From NCBI GenBank assembly GCA_046861395.1, contig JBHHUC010000054.1:1-15897 (forward strand): DNA of 15,897 nt, given 5' to 3'. A model generated the notes under the pieces. It was not told the origin of the DNA. It worked only from the letters and a program-made list of their open reading frames with translations, and made no database searches. Positions 15,355-15,897 of this stretch are shown here, piece after piece. The stretch comes from Fidelibacterota bacterium. Its GTDB lineage: Bacteria > Fidelibacterota > Marinisomatia > Marinisomatales > JABMOV01. A program made the translations under genes and the position numbers. Position 1 is the stretch's first letter; the number at the start of each line of letters is the position of its first letter.

Positions 15355-15897
15355 ATGCGCGAACAGCTTGATCCCCGACAACTGGCATTGTTTCCGGAAT
15401 TGTCCCGGAATGCCGACGTGGCCTCAATTACCACCCTGCCGGCCTTTGAACGGGCGCTGAATAATCTCATTCGCATGAGTGATCTGGGTGCGTTTATCCA
15501 GTTGAATACCCAGGGATTGGAAAAACTTTATACCATAAACCTGGTGGAAACGACGGTTCCGATGGATTTTCTGAAAAACGCCAACCATTTGACACCGGTT
15601 ACCATTCAGTTATTCCCTCAGGAAATCCGCAATCAGCTCAAGAAATTCACCTATGAATTGAAATCCTTTTTTAACGAAAAGAACAGTTTTAAAACATCCT
15701 TCGGCTATTTTCTATTCCGGAGTCACTTTACGCTGTGGCGTCATTTTCTCGATGGCACTAAAAAAAGCATTCAGGATTTTATCTACAAGGAATTAAGCCA
15801 CGGTCAATACGGGAAACTTTTTCTCCAATCCTTCAACACCGGTTATAATTATTTCCAAGAAGTGGCGGATTATACTGCTCCCTGGCAATTCCGGGAG
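15355..15897 (+). CDS. Hypothetical protein, 5' portion only (181 codons, open to the window end)
   Basis: Not in the ORF track (no stop). MREQLDPRQLALFPELSRNADV...QLFPQEIRNQLKKFTYELKSFFNEKNSFKTSFGYFLFRSHFTLWRHFL...; SD and promoter upstream. Confidence 0.85.
   Translation, partial: MREQLDPRQLALFPELSRNADVASITTLPAFERALNNLIRMSDLGAFIQLNTQGLEKLYTINLVETTVPMDFLKNANHLTPVTIQLFPQEIRNQLKKFTYELKSFFNEKNSFKTSFGYFLFRSHFTLWRHFLDGTKKSIQDFIYKELSHGQYGKLFLQSFNTGYNYFQEVADYTAPWQFRE

Noticed and set aside
15228..15476. ORFs 15228-15476 (-) and 15263-15460 (+)
   Set aside because: They overlap the promoter and the better-supported ORF starting at 15355; no SD or recognisable motifs.
1..15897. CRISPR array, tRNA/rRNA, IS or integrase
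   Set aside because: No regularly spaced repeats, cloverleaf, rRNA-like tract or transposase/recombinase motifs seen by eye.

Overview
Chromosomal window from a Gram-negative bacterium. An FCB-group, Marinimicrobia-like origin is inferred from the alternative GlmU, DUF3467 and DUF6913-like genes together with Shine-Dalgarno use; it is not verified. Left part: a methylmalonyl-CoA mutase 5' end (missed by the ORF track, TTG start) coupled to djlA, a DUF6913-like/GlmU-like pair, an acidic Zn-ribbon protein with DUF3467, and head-to-head PAP2 and Trm112 genes. The 410-bp gap at 4923-5333 holds a sigma70-like promoter feeding a ~70-nt hairpin RNA, facing an unannotated 33-aa membrane peptide (type I toxin-antitoxin-like layout). 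Centre: an apparent operon etfB-etfA-ETF:quinone oxidoreductase (FadF/EtfD/EMO type)-N6-adenine DNA methyltransferase-divergent AccA/AccD fusion in alpha-beta order, followed by a small PD-(D/E)xK-like protein. Right: a three-gene heme c module (lipoprotein cytochrome, Cyc2-like cytochrome-porin fusion, diheme cytochrome) and a divergent truncated gene with a QLALF clamp-like motif under a promoter whose -35 is covered by a palindrome. No rRNA, tRNA, CRISPR array or transposase was seen. All family calls come from motif recognition by eye, not database searches.
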